Below, one piece after another: positions 46,067-55,172 of a stretch of 64,000 nt of DNA (positions are counted from its first letter, which is position 1; each line of letters starts with the position of its first letter). Source of the DNA: Candidatus Babelota bacterium (GTDB lineage: Bacteria > Babelota > Babeliae > Babelales > JAHIUU01); assembly GCA_018817025.1 (NCBI GenBank), contig JAHIUU010000001.1, positions 6,852-70,851 of the forward strand, read 5' to 3'. A program made the translations under genes and the position numbers. The notes beneath the pieces were generated by a model. That model did no database searches and was not told where the DNA came from. It saw only the letters and a list, made by a program, of their open reading frames with translations.

Positions 46067-46476
46067 AAAAAGTATGCCTCGCACTTCTTCTCTTCATCTC
46101 CCCTCAACACAAACTATTCCCCAAATTTTTTAAGAAGCTACATCGATCAGTCACAAAAAGACTCAAAGATGTAGCCTGCGAAACCATCCCCCCTGCTCAA
46201 CTAATTAGGAAGTCGCGACACAAACGAAAAAACCAAAATAAAAAATTAGATCAGATCCTCCAGGAAAGTCAAATTCTCATCGAACAACTTACTCAAACAC
46301 AAAACCCAAAAATATCGATCGAACAAGAAGAAACAATACAGGCCCTCAGCGTCAAACTACTAACCTACTTTTTACAAGAAAAAATCTCTCAAGAAAAAAA
46401 AGAAAGGCTTAAGCAAGAACTAGTCAAGCTTGACGCTCTCAAACAAACAATCGAACTTTTAAAAAGCGAGAATTAA
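46063..46476 (+). CDS. Hypothetical basic coiled-coil protein with a hydrophobic N-terminus
   Basis: 137 aa. The ATG overlaps the ftsY stop (ATGA), and its stop overlaps the prmC start (TAATG). The sequence MKKVCLALLLFIS is followed by Lys/Gln/Glu-rich helical sequence. Confidence 0.5.
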   Translation: MKKVCLALLLFISPQHKLFPKFFKKLHRSVTKRLKDVACETIPPAQLIRKSRHKRKNQNKKLDQILQESQILIEQLTQTQNPKISIEQEETIQALSVKLLTYFLQEKISQEKKERLKQELVKLDALKQTIELLKSEN

Positions 46477-47399
46477 TGGCCAAAACAATTAATCAGATTA
46501 TAACAGAGACAACAAACAAACTACTCACAGAAAGCAACAATAGCGAGCAGGCTGCACAAGCGGAAAGCTGGTGGCTATTAGAAAAGGTAACAAAAAAACG
46601 TCAGGCTGAATTGATTCGAGAAGAAAAAGCAACCTTGACACACGAGCAAGAAAAAGCTTTAGAATTGTACATAACCCAAAGAACAAAAGAAAATAAGCCT
46701 CTACAATATATTCTTGGTACCGTTCCGTTCTGTGGGCTTGAAATTTTGGTAGAGCCCCCAACGCTTATCCCAAGACCAGAAACTGAAGAGTGGTGCGACC
46801 GACTTATCCAAAAACTTGATCCCGTCAAAGAAGAACGCTTGACCATTCTCGATATTGGCGTCGGTTCTGGGTGCATTGCGTTGGCTCTTGCAAAAGCGTT
46901 TCCATACGCAACCGTTATTGGCGTTGATGCTCACTCCCATGCAATTCGATTAAGCGAAAAAAACAAAACTCATAATAAAATACCAAACGCACTCTTCATC
47001 AAATCTGACCTCTATCGTGAACTTGGACAATATAAGGGCATAATCGATCTAATCGTCAGCAATCCCCCATATATTTCTGAAAAAGAGTTTCTTGGCCTGA
47101 GTAAAGAGGTAACCGACTGGGAAGACAAAAGCGCCCTTGTCACATATGATGAAGGTCTCGCTATTCATAAAAAAATTGTATCTGAAGCAAAGTGTTATCT
47201 CAAAAAAGAAAGTGTCTTAACAAAAAACAAGTTGCCCCAACTATTACTTGAGTTTGGGAAAGGGCAAGAAACCAACTTGCTAGAAATGGTTTCTCAAGCA
47301 GGTTTTACAAACATCACAATCGAAAATGACATGGAAAAAGTTCCCCGCTGGATAACCGCAACCAATTTCGTGTATCCTGAGACAGAAAGAAAAAATTAG
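46476..47399 (+). CDS. prmC: Peptide chain release factor N5-glutamine methyltransferase
   Basis: Contains PLQYILGTVPFCGLEILVEPPTLIPRPETE, a SAM motif (ILDIGVGSGCIALALA) and the catalytic VSNPPYI. Confidence 0.88.
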   Translation: MAKTINQIITETTNKLLTESNNSEQAAQAESWWLLEKVTKKRQAELIREEKATLTHEQEKALELYITQRTKENKPLQYILGTVPFCGLEILVEPPTLIPRPETEEWCDRLIQKLDPVKEERLTILDIGVGSGCIALALAKAFPYATVIGVDAHSHAIRLSEKNKTHNKIPNALFIKSDLYRELGQYKGIIDLIVSNPPYISEKEFLGLSKEVTDWEDKSALVTYDEGLAIHKKIVSEAKCYLKKESVLTKNKLPQLLLEFGKGQETNLLEMVSQAGFTNITIENDMEKVPRWITATNFVYPETERKN

Positions 47400-47427
47400 T
47401 AACCAAGAAAATTTCAAGGAGCTTTTC

Positions 47428-47622
47428 ATGCAAGCATATATTTGTACAATCTGCGGTTTTCTTTACGACGATGAATCAGCAGACCTTGCACCAGACGGCA
47501 CCACAGTCGCCTTTGAAGATCTCGATCTTGAATGGGAATGTCCGGGATGCGGCAGCAAGGGCACACTCTTTAAAACAACCGATTCTGTCAGACCACCAGA
47601 TATTCCAGCCGAAAAGCAATAG
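47428..47622 (+). CDS. Rubredoxin
   Basis: 64 aa. YICTICGFLYDDE...WECPGCGSKGTLF gives two CxxCG knuckles. An AAGGAG SD is present. Confidence 0.88.
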   Translation: MQAYICTICGFLYDDESADLAPDGTTVAFEDLDLEWECPGCGSKGTLFKTTDSVRPPDIPAEKQ

Positions 47623-47654
47623 AAAAAAACACAAAGAAAAACGAGGAGAATCCT

Positions 47655-48605
47655 ATGAGTACTAATAAACGAGAACAAAAAAAAGCCGGCTTTTTCGAGA
47701 TCATAAAAAATCTTTTTTGGCTCCTGCTCTTCCTACAGTTTGCACCGGCCATTTTTTCAAGCCTCCGTAAAACAATTGAAGAAGTAGTCGTACCAAAAAC
47801 ACACGTTGGGCACCTAAAAATAACTGGTCTGATTTCTGATTCGAGCTACTACGTCAAACACATTCAAAAATTTCTTAAAGCCCCACATATCAAAGCTTTG
47901 TACCTTAAAATAGACTCTCCGGGAGGCTTTCCAGGTAGCGCCCAAGCTGTGTTTAATGAACTAAAAAAGTTTAAAGAAAAAAAACCAATTATCGCTTTTA
48001 TCGAAAACATGGGAACGTCTGCAGCATACAACATTGCCGCTGCAGCAAACCACATCGTTGCCGCCCCGTCCGCCCTCGTTGGAAGCATCGGCGTTTGGCT
48101 TCAGGTCCCACCCAATATTAAGTATCTCGGTGAAGATTGGAAAATTAAATTCAGAACAATTCAGTCAGGAGCATATAAAACCGCGGGGAGTCCGTTCAAA
48201 GATATGACGCTCGAAGAAACAACCCTTCTACAAAGTGTCTCTGACGATTCGTACAATCAATTCGTCAAAGATATCGCACAAAGTCGTAATATCTCAATCA
48301 AAAATCATAAAATATGGGCCGACGGAAAAGTATTTACCGGCAACCAAGCTCTCAGTCTAAAGCTAATCGATCAGATCGGCTCACAACAAGACGCACTCGA
48401 TATTCTAAAAAAAGAAGCAATGGTCGAAAAAGAGGAAGAGATTAAGCTTGTACTGCCCCCACGACCATCGAAATTCATGAGAATGTTTGGCGCCGAAGCC
48501 GACACCGATCCTGACTCAGGATTCTCGTCTTTCATGGCAAGTTTTGTTTCAGAAGTAATTCAAAAAGTTTCGACAAAGACAGCAGGGCTGCGCCTTAGGG
48601 CGTAG
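47655..48605 (+). CDS. sppA: Signal peptide peptidase SppA (36K type, S49 family)
   Basis: It has an N-terminal TM, IDSPGGFPGSAQAV, GTSAAYNIAAAANHI (Ser nucleophile region), and GAYKTAGSPF (Lys region). Confidence 0.82.
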   Translation: MSTNKREQKKAGFFEIIKNLFWLLLFLQFAPAIFSSLRKTIEEVVVPKTHVGHLKITGLISDSSYYVKHIQKFLKAPHIKALYLKIDSPGGFPGSAQAVFNELKKFKEKKPIIAFIENMGTSAAYNIAAAANHIVAAPSALVGSIGVWLQVPPNIKYLGEDWKIKFRTIQSGAYKTAGSPFKDMTLEETTLLQSVSDDSYNQFVKDIAQSRNISIKNHKIWADGKVFTGNQALSLKLIDQIGSQQDALDILKKEAMVEKEEEIKLVLPPRPSKFMRMFGAEADTDPDSGFSSFMASFVSEVIQKVSTKTAGLRLRA

Positions 48606-48609
48606 CGCG

Positions 48610-49140
48610 TTAGGACCGCAAACTAAAAACAAAACCCATGCCCATCAAAAAAACAACTGTTAAACTCGAGGCTAGGACGCTTTTAAAAACGGAACGTCCT
48701 GGTCTCCTTTCTTCATCTTCATACACAACAATTTCCTGATTACTCGTCACAGGAGAAACAAACACTTCTTTCACGCATAAATGTTTGGGGTCGTGCGTAG
48801 CATTTTCTTTCTTAGTAGAATCTTTTACGTAAGTTTTTTGGACCAGATTTACTGCGCAATCTTTAACGAAACGCTCAAACTCTTCAGGATTAAAAAAAAC
48901 AATATTCTTCTTCTCAGTCACCTCTTCTCTAACCGGAAGCGCAAATATACTATCATCATCAGGACATTCTCGTATCTCTATAATTTCTTCGCTAGGCTCT
49001 TTTTTTCTGCAACCGTCCAGTTCTCCAAAGAATTCGTTCAGTGGCGTCTCTTCGTTAGGCTGTCTCTTCGTGTTCATCCCAAACAAAGCGCCTGAAACAA
49101 AAAATAAAACCGTTACGAAAAAAATTAACCTCTTGCTCAT
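48610..49140 (-). CDS. Hypothetical acidic protein with a signal peptide and a C-terminal TM anchor
   Basis: 176 aa from ATG 49140. It has MSKRLIFFVTVLFFVSGALFGM, a Glu/Asp-rich middle, and a terminal SVLASSLTVVFLMGMGFVFSLRS. The N-terminal motif is shared with the next gene. Confidence 0.55.
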   Translation of the reverse strand: MSKRLIFFVTVLFFVSGALFGMNTKRQPNEETPLNEFFGELDGCRKKEPSEEIIEIRECPDDDSIFALPVREEVTEKKNIVFFNPEEFERFVKDCAVNLVQKTYVKDSTKKENATHDPKHLCVKEVFVSPVTSNQEIVVYEDEERRPGRSVFKSVLASSLTVVFLMGMGFVFSLRS

Positions 49141-49150
49141 AATCTTGGTC

Positions 49151-49618
49151 CTACATATTAAGCGTACTATTTGTCGTGCCATTATTCATAGAACAATATT
49201 CCGGATGATCCTTAAAAAATTCACAGAGCTTCCCACAATAACCACCAACTTTTTCCTTCAAAGATTCATGATTACAGGGAAACTCTACTGCCATATCTGC
49301 TACCACAACAACCACCAAAACACACAGCCCCATAAAAAACACGACCTGTGCAAGAAGCAGCACATCGCCGATATACTTTTTGCATAACACCCGTCTTTTG
49401 CCATACTGCAAAGCGTCAGAAATCCTGCTGTTTTTATTTTTTTCCGTAAAAATCTCTTGGTCACTTGGAACAGAAGTATCATCGCCGGCTACTGGAACGA
49501 TATAGACACACGTTTCTTTAATAGTACCGTAATCCTCGGGTGCTCGCCCTGGCTTCATCCCAAAAGCACTCTGTCCAAACAATACAATACCAAACAGAAA
49601 CATAAGTATCTTATTCAT
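49151..49618 (-). CDS. Hypothetical single-pass membrane protein with a signal peptide and a Cys-rich tail
   Basis: 155 aa. It has MNKILMFLFGIVLFGQSAFGM, the TM LLLAQVVFFMGLCVLVVVVV, and the tail EFPCNHESLKEKVGGYCGKLCEFFKDHPEYC. Confidence 0.55.
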   Translation of the reverse strand: MNKILMFLFGIVLFGQSAFGMKPGRAPEDYGTIKETCVYIVPVAGDDTSVPSDQEIFTEKNKNSRISDALQYGKRRVLCKKYIGDVLLLAQVVFFMGLCVLVVVVVADMAVEFPCNHESLKEKVGGYCGKLCEFFKDHPEYCSMNNGTTNSTLNM

Positions 49619-49642
49619 GGTGCCCTAACTCCTAACTAATAA

Positions 49643-49882
49643 TTATTTTTTCTTTTCTATACCAAGAAACTCAATCCTGCGATACAGCGTACTCCGACTA
49701 ATCCCTAGAGCCCGTGACGCACGACGATAATTGTGACTGGTCTTTTCAAGAACAACCATAATTACATACCGCTCGACCTCATGCATGATGAGCGGATGAA
49801 TATTTCCCTTTTCATTTCTCCCTAAACTCTCCACCATTTTTGTTACCTCACAACCTAACAAATCATAAATCGAAACCGACAC
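49643..49882 (-). CDS. Fis-type helix-turn-helix DNA-binding protein
   Basis: 79 aa with a GTG start. The C-terminal NYRRASRALGISRSTLYRRIEFLGI is a classic HTH_8 (Fis/NtrC-type) motif. Confidence 0.65.
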   Translation of the reverse strand: MSVSIYDLLGCEVTKMVESLGRNEKGNIHPLIMHEVERYVIMVVLEKTSHNYRRASRALGISRSTLYRRIEFLGIEKKK

Positions 49883-49895
49883 AGTATTATCCCCA

Positions 49896-50888
49896 CTAAG
49901 AAAATTTGTTCAAAAAATAAGTACTATATAACAAATCAAACGAATGAAACGCCGAACCTTGCAACGCCCCTGTTTTAAATGCAAAATCGATACTGTAAAG
50001 CATTTGATGCGCACCCTGTAACTGAGTCAGACTACATTGTCTCCAATCGTAACGCAAAAACGATGCTGGCAAACGAAACGAAAACCGTCTTGCTGCCGGA
50101 AAATTATTCTGCTTTAAAAAGGTGACAACATAATGCGCCCGCCACAACTGCTCTGACCAATATGTTGTCCAGAATGGAATTGGATAATCGTTGTATCGCT
50201 CAGACCACAATGAAAAAAAAGTACGTTCCTGTTTTTTAAAAAACGCACTTGCAAGCGAAGCCAATGATAATTCAGGCGAAACCATTGCTGAAATATTTTT
50301 CTTTAACTCACCAAGGAAACGAATATTAGTAACCGCAAGATACTGCAGAAGCATACAGGCAATATCAAGTGAAACCGTCCCAGAACCTGAGACAATTTCC
50401 TGAACAGCGGCCAGCTTCCCCCCACTCAACTCCGTACCCAAAAAATTAAACAACTCCATTACCTCATGAAACGTCAATTCATTCTTCAACTCGACCATCG
50501 CTTGTGCCTGAGTCATTCGTTTGCGCACTGAGAGAGAAATTTTATGATCTAACGGGAAAAAGAACGCAATTGCATGTGGCCCACGATATAATGTCAAAAT
50601 CTCAACTAAGTCAGGCCCCCTTTTACGCTCTATTTTAACCAACTCGAGAAGATTTCCAAGCCAATAAAAAGAAGTATCTCCCAAAAAACTTTGCTCCAAA
50701 GTTTCCCAAAGCTGCTTTCTGTTTTCCAATCGAAAAGGACAAAGACTAACGATCTCTTGCTGCTTTAAAAAAGAAAAAAGCGTTTGAAAAAAGAAAAGTG
50801 GATACTGGTCGCCAGTAAAACAAATAACACGTTTATCGGTCCAAAACGTTTTATTTTTTGCCAGGGTTAAAAATTCTGATAATTTCAC
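49896..50888 (-). CDS. holA: Putative DNA polymerase III delta subunit
   Basis: 330 aa, the size expected for HolA. It lies immediately downstream of, and 4 nt overlapped with, an LptE-like lipoprotein gene, as in the proteobacterial lptE-holA arrangement. Only weak similarity is visible by eye (C-terminal LTQLQGAHQMLYSIDFAFKTG vs E. coli LRQAVQLLTRTELTLKQDYG). Confidence 0.42.
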   Translation of the reverse strand: MKLSEFLTLAKNKTFWTDKRVICFTGDQYPLFFFQTLFSFLKQQEIVSLCPFRLENRKQLWETLEQSFLGDTSFYWLGNLLELVKIERKRGPDLVEILTLYRGPHAIAFFFPLDHKISLSVRKRMTQAQAMVELKNELTFHEVMELFNFLGTELSGGKLAAVQEIVSGSGTVSLDIACMLLQYLAVTNIRFLGELKKNISAMVSPELSLASLASAFFKKQERTFFSLWSERYNDYPIPFWTTYWSEQLWRAHYVVTFLKQNNFPAARRFSFRLPASFLRYDWRQCSLTQLQGAHQMLYSIDFAFKTGALQGSAFHSFDLLYSTYFLNKFS

Positions 50889-51406
50889 TCGACACTCTTA
50901 AGTAAAAATGGTCTAAAGTATTGGTCTATTCTATACGCCTCTCGCTCAAACAACCGACAATATTCGAAATCGATAAAACCAGAATTCATCACATGATCCT
51001 TTGCTTTCGAAACCAACGTTGTAAACGAAAACAACCTTTGTGCGCACAGCTTCTCATTTCTATCAAACAATCGACACAACAAATCAATCTTCATCTTAAC
51101 AGAATACGAAAGCAAATCTGGCGATAAAAACTTGTATGGCGAGTCGTTTTTTTTCACCGTAACTTTTAAAACATGGCAATCGCCAAGTGTGTCAACAAGC
51201 TTGAATCCAACTCGATCGAAATGACACCACAACGCATCATAAACTATCGGTGAGAGGTTTTCAAATACCAGCTTATTTTCTGGCATCTCAAGGCACAGTC
51301 GAATCTCCTTTCCACCAAGAGAAGCTAGCTCTTTACTGCACGATTTGTGAAGACACGAGGGAAAGAAAAAGGCAATTAGTATGAAACCAACGATCTTTAT
51401 AGACAT
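50885..51406 (-). CDS. Putative lipoprotein, possibly LptE
   Basis: 173 aa from ATG 51406. MSIKIVGFILIAFFFPSC is a lipobox-like Cys following the h-region. Size and position upstream of the holA-like gene fit LptE. No sequence motif was verified. Confidence 0.3.
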   Translation of the reverse strand: MSIKIVGFILIAFFFPSCLHKSCSKELASLGGKEIRLCLEMPENKLVFENLSPIVYDALWCHFDRVGFKLVDTLGDCHVLKVTVKKNDSPYKFLSPDLLSYSVKMKIDLLCRLFDRNEKLCAQRLFSFTTLVSKAKDHVMNSGFIDFEYCRLFEREAYRIDQYFRPFLLKSVE

Positions 51407-51487
51407 GTTATCCAAGTCGTTACATGACATGCTTCAAGCAGGGTCAAAGAGCCAACGGCGATGAGCCCTATAACCTACAAAATCAAA

Positions 51488-51979
51488 CTAAAAAAACCAA
51501 CCAAAAAATCTTTTTACTATATTTTTAGATTCTTTATTACCCTTCTCGTAAACTTGATTAAAAGAATCAATCATATTTATTTCAAAGGGCGTACACAACT
51601 CAAGAAACTGTTCCGCCGAAACATTTGTTTTATTATAAACCAGAACAGCAAACGAATCGAAATTCAGGTGACTATAACAAAAACCATTTTTTAGTTCAGG
51701 ATATTGATCATTATAAACCTCGACCCCTAGCTCCCGAAGCTTACTATGGAGATATTCACCAAATTTAAGATAAGAATATGCATCGACTTTATCGAGAGCG
51801 GTTGCTATCTCATTACATTCTTTTTTATCAAATTTTAGAATACTATTAGCAGTTCTGGCCCACTCTTCAACCGAGCTTGCTTTATATAAACCGATAAGCA
51901 ATGTCTTAAACTCAGGCTGCATTCCGTAACTGGTCTGAAATAAAAAAAGAACAATAATAAAAGAAAAAAACTTTTTCAT
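51488..51979 (-). CDS. Hypothetical secreted protein
   Basis: 163 aa. The signal peptide MKKFFSFIIVLFLFQTSYGM is followed by a soluble mixed-charge sequence. I recognise no family. Confidence 0.5.
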   Translation of the reverse strand: MKKFFSFIIVLFLFQTSYGMQPEFKTLLIGLYKASSVEEWARTANSILKFDKKECNEIATALDKVDAYSYLKFGEYLHSKLRELGVEVYNDQYPELKNGFCYSHLNFDSFAVLVYNKTNVSAEQFLELCTPFEINMIDSFNQVYEKGNKESKNIVKRFFGWFF

Positions 51980-51992
51980 GATTAATAACCTC

Positions 51993-52751
51993 CTAAAAAA
52001 GTATACTTTCTACTTTTTTGGGCTGCAATACTTTTACAGCTCGACTGCTCACTTTAAACAGCTGCTCAATGCCAGATAGCGCCAACTTCTTAACCTGCTC
52101 AAAATCTTCCCATGACATAGGCGACTTCTCACTCGTTCCCTGAATCTCAACAATATCCCCCAATTCAGTCAAAACAAAATTAAAATCAACAGAAGCTCTA
52201 TTGTCCTCTTCTTGAGAAATATCAAGATACAACTGGTCACAAACAACTCCAACTGAGATTGCAGCAATAGAACTTTTGAGAAAACTTTTTTTAATCACTC
52301 CATCTTGAAGCCAACGGCTTTGAGCCATATTAAGCACCAAGCTTGCCGCTGTAATGCAAGCAGATCGCGTTCCACCATCAGCCTGAAGCACATCACAATC
52401 AACCGTAATCGCTCGTTCACCAAGACAATCAAGATCGACAACAGAACGAAGCGAACGTCCAATCAAGCGAGAAATTTCAATACTGCGATTACTTCTTTTT
52501 TGTGCGCTTGATTCACGAAAGGTACGCGTTCTCGTTGCCGAAGGAAGCATGGCATACTCTGCCGTAAGCCACCCCGTCCCACGTCCCCTCAAAAAATGTG
52601 GTCCGGAACTTTGAAGCATCGCGCTCACCAATACTTTTGTCTGACCAATCTCAAACAATATCGACGCATCTGCATAACCAAATAAATCATATGTGATTGA
52701 AATTGGGCGAACCTGATCAAAGGTTCGCCCATCATTTCTAAGAACAATCAT
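51993..52751 (-). CDS. rph: Ribonuclease PH
   Basis: Contains RNDGRTFDQVRPISI, and DCDVLQADGGTRSACITAASLVL. Confidence 0.93.
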   Translation of the reverse strand: MIVLRNDGRTFDQVRPISITYDLFGYADASILFEIGQTKVLVSAMLQSSGPHFLRGRGTGWLTAEYAMLPSATRTRTFRESSAQKRSNRSIEISRLIGRSLRSVVDLDCLGERAITVDCDVLQADGGTRSACITAASLVLNMAQSRWLQDGVIKKSFLKSSIAAISVGVVCDQLYLDISQEEDNRASVDFNFVLTELGDIVEIQGTSEKSPMSWEDFEQVKKLALSGIEQLFKVSSRAVKVLQPKKVESILF

Positions 52752-52759
52752 TGTAAGAC

Positions 52760-54844
52760 TTATTTCAGATCAGGCGCAATCAAACGAATACGACCGGTCT
52801 CTTCCTCGACAGCGACAACCTTAACTTTTAGCGTATCGCCAACTTTGAAATCCTGTGCTAACGTTCGCTGCCTATCCCGGGCAATACTCGAAATATGCAC
52901 TAATCCGTCTTTTCCTGGAACAAGCTCAACAAACATTCCAAACTCAGCAACACGCCTCACTATTCCATCTACCGTGGTGCCAACTTCGATGTCACCTACC
53001 AAGGTTCTGACCCACTGCTCAGCCTTGTGCGCATCTTTTGATGCAGACGAGTAGATACGAACTAGCCCATCATCTGTAATGTCAATTTGCGTATTGGTCG
53101 AAGCGGTAATCTCTTTAATGCTTTTACCACCGGGCCCAATAACCGTACCAATTTTTTCTGGGTCTATCTTAAGCGAAATAACCCGCGGCGCCAATTCCGA
53201 CAACTGAGCCCGAGGCTTATCAAGCACATCGCGCATAGTCTTAATGATATGCAAACGACCAGTACGAGCCTGCTCAAGAGCGCGCTCGAGAAGATCCCTT
53301 GTTAAACCAGCTTTTGCCTTGATGTCCATCTGAACAGCCATGATACCAGTGTCGGTTCCTGTTATCTTGAAGTCCATCAACCCAAATGCGTCTTCTGAAC
53401 CAAGAATATCGGTTAAAACATGAGTGTTCCCATCGGAATCTTTCATCATACCCATGGCAATACCGCCAACCATATCTTTTATTGGAACACCAGCATCCAT
53501 AAGTGCAAGCGTTGTCGCGCAAACGGTTGCCATAGAAGATGAACCATTCGATTCAAACATATCAACAACCGAACGAATCGTGTAAGGAAATTTATCCTGC
53601 TCAGGAAGCACATGCGCGAATGAACGCTCAGCCAAATAGCCGTGTCCAATTTCACGCCGACCAACACCCCGAATAGGTTTTACCTCGCCGGTGGAAAACG
53701 GAGGAAAGTTGTAATGCAACATAAACGTTCGCTCGTAATCACCTTTAAGGTTTTCCATTCTTTGCGCATCTTGAGCCGTCCCAAGCGTCAAACTTGCCAA
53801 TGCCTGAGTCTCGCCACGACGAAACATCGCAGATCCGTGAACTGTTGGCAAAAGACCTATCTCAGCAGTAATGGGCCGAACCTGGTCGAACGGTCTCCCG
53901 TCAAGTCGACTATTCTTTTGTGCAACAAGATTTGGAAGATATTCTTTTAATAAAGAATCAAACAAGTATAAAATTTTTGGTTTTGAAGTTATACCAGACT
54001 CGATCTCTTTCTCGAAGAATTCAACAACATCTTTCTTCAAAGCTTTAAGAGCCTCCGATTGCTCAGCCTTTGTCGGCGCAAACAAAGTCTCACAGTTTTC
54101 TGGCTTGAAATGAGCCTGAACCTTTTCTTCCCACTCTTTCCAAACCTCAACACTGGACAAGTCTGGCTCTTCGACGCTCAATTCTTTTTTAATATCAAGC
54201 TGCCACTTAACCTGCACCTTTATTTGCTCATGAGCTAAAAATAACGCCTCGATCAGATCAGCTTCAGAAAGCAAGTCGCAATGTCCCTCAACCATACAAA
54301 TACCATCATTGGTACCAGCAACAATAAGGTCAACACTAGACTCTTTCATCTCTTCAGCAGAAGTGTTCAATACCCATTTTCCGTCAACCCGTCCAACCTG
54401 TACCGCACCAACTGGTCCCAGGAAAGGAATCTTTGAGATGGTCAACGCAAGAGATGATGCAATAAGTCCAAGAACCGCTGACGGAAACTTTCCATCATAC
54501 GAGTAAACAGAAGAAATAACCTGAACCTCATTAAAATAATATTTGGGAAATAATGGGCGAATCGGACGATCAATCAGCCGAGAGGAAAGGACCTCAGTAT
54601 CGTTAAGTCTTCCTTCTCGCTTAATGTAGCCACCCGGAAACTTTCCAGCAGCAGAAGTCTTTTCCCGATACTCAACAGTAAGTGGAAAAAAACCAATAAA
54701 ATCTCTCTCCTCAGAGGTCGCAACCGCCGTCGACAGAACAATCGTATCACCGTGTCTTAGCCACGCAGCACCATCCGCCTGCCTCGCAAACTTATCAACT
54801 TCAACTTCAAACCCCAATTCTGGTAGTTTAAAAATTTTCGACAT
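52760..54844 (-). CDS. pnp: Polyribonucleotide nucleotidyltransferase (PNPase)
   Basis: 694 aa with two RNase PH-like domains (RLDGRPFDQVRPI), a KH domain (IGTVIGPGGKSIKEI) and an S1 domain (GIVRRVAEFGMFVEL). Confidence 0.97.
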   Translation of the reverse strand: MSKIFKLPELGFEVEVDKFARQADGAAWLRHGDTIVLSTAVATSEERDFIGFFPLTVEYREKTSAAGKFPGGYIKREGRLNDTEVLSSRLIDRPIRPLFPKYYFNEVQVISSVYSYDGKFPSAVLGLIASSLALTISKIPFLGPVGAVQVGRVDGKWVLNTSAEEMKESSVDLIVAGTNDGICMVEGHCDLLSEADLIEALFLAHEQIKVQVKWQLDIKKELSVEEPDLSSVEVWKEWEEKVQAHFKPENCETLFAPTKAEQSEALKALKKDVVEFFEKEIESGITSKPKILYLFDSLLKEYLPNLVAQKNSRLDGRPFDQVRPITAEIGLLPTVHGSAMFRRGETQALASLTLGTAQDAQRMENLKGDYERTFMLHYNFPPFSTGEVKPIRGVGRREIGHGYLAERSFAHVLPEQDKFPYTIRSVVDMFESNGSSSMATVCATTLALMDAGVPIKDMVGGIAMGMMKDSDGNTHVLTDILGSEDAFGLMDFKITGTDTGIMAVQMDIKAKAGLTRDLLERALEQARTGRLHIIKTMRDVLDKPRAQLSELAPRVISLKIDPEKIGTVIGPGGKSIKEITASTNTQIDITDDGLVRIYSSASKDAHKAEQWVRTLVGDIEVGTTVDGIVRRVAEFGMFVELVPGKDGLVHISSIARDRQRTLAQDFKVGDTLKVKVVAVEEETGRIRLIAPDLK

Positions 54845-54871
54845 ATATGATCCCCAAAGTAGAACTGTTTT

Positions 54872-55147
54872 TTATTTCTTTATTCCCAATTTATTCGCCA
54901 CAAACTCGTAGCGCTCAAAACTTGTCTTCTTTAAATAACCAAAAAAAGCACGTCGCCGTGCAACCAGCCTTATGAGGCCGCGACGGGAGTGCTTATCTTT
55001 TGGAAACGATTTCAGATGACTCGCAATATGCTTTATTCTTTCAGTAATCAAAGCAATTTGCACTTCACTTGAACCGGTATCTATCTCAGATCGCCCAAAC
55101 TCTTTGGCGATCGTCTCTTTTATCTCTTTTGTTATCATTTCTGGCAT
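54872..55147 (-). CDS. rpsO: 30S ribosomal protein S15
   Basis: Contains DTGSSEVQIALITERIKHIASHLKSFPKDKHSRRGLIRLVARRR, the S15 pattern. Confidence 0.95.
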   Translation of the reverse strand: MPEMITKEIKETIAKEFGRSEIDTGSSEVQIALITERIKHIASHLKSFPKDKHSRRGLIRLVARRRAFFGYLKKTSFERYEFVANKLGIKK

Positions 55148-55172
55148 CCTACCTAACGATTTTTATGTGTCC

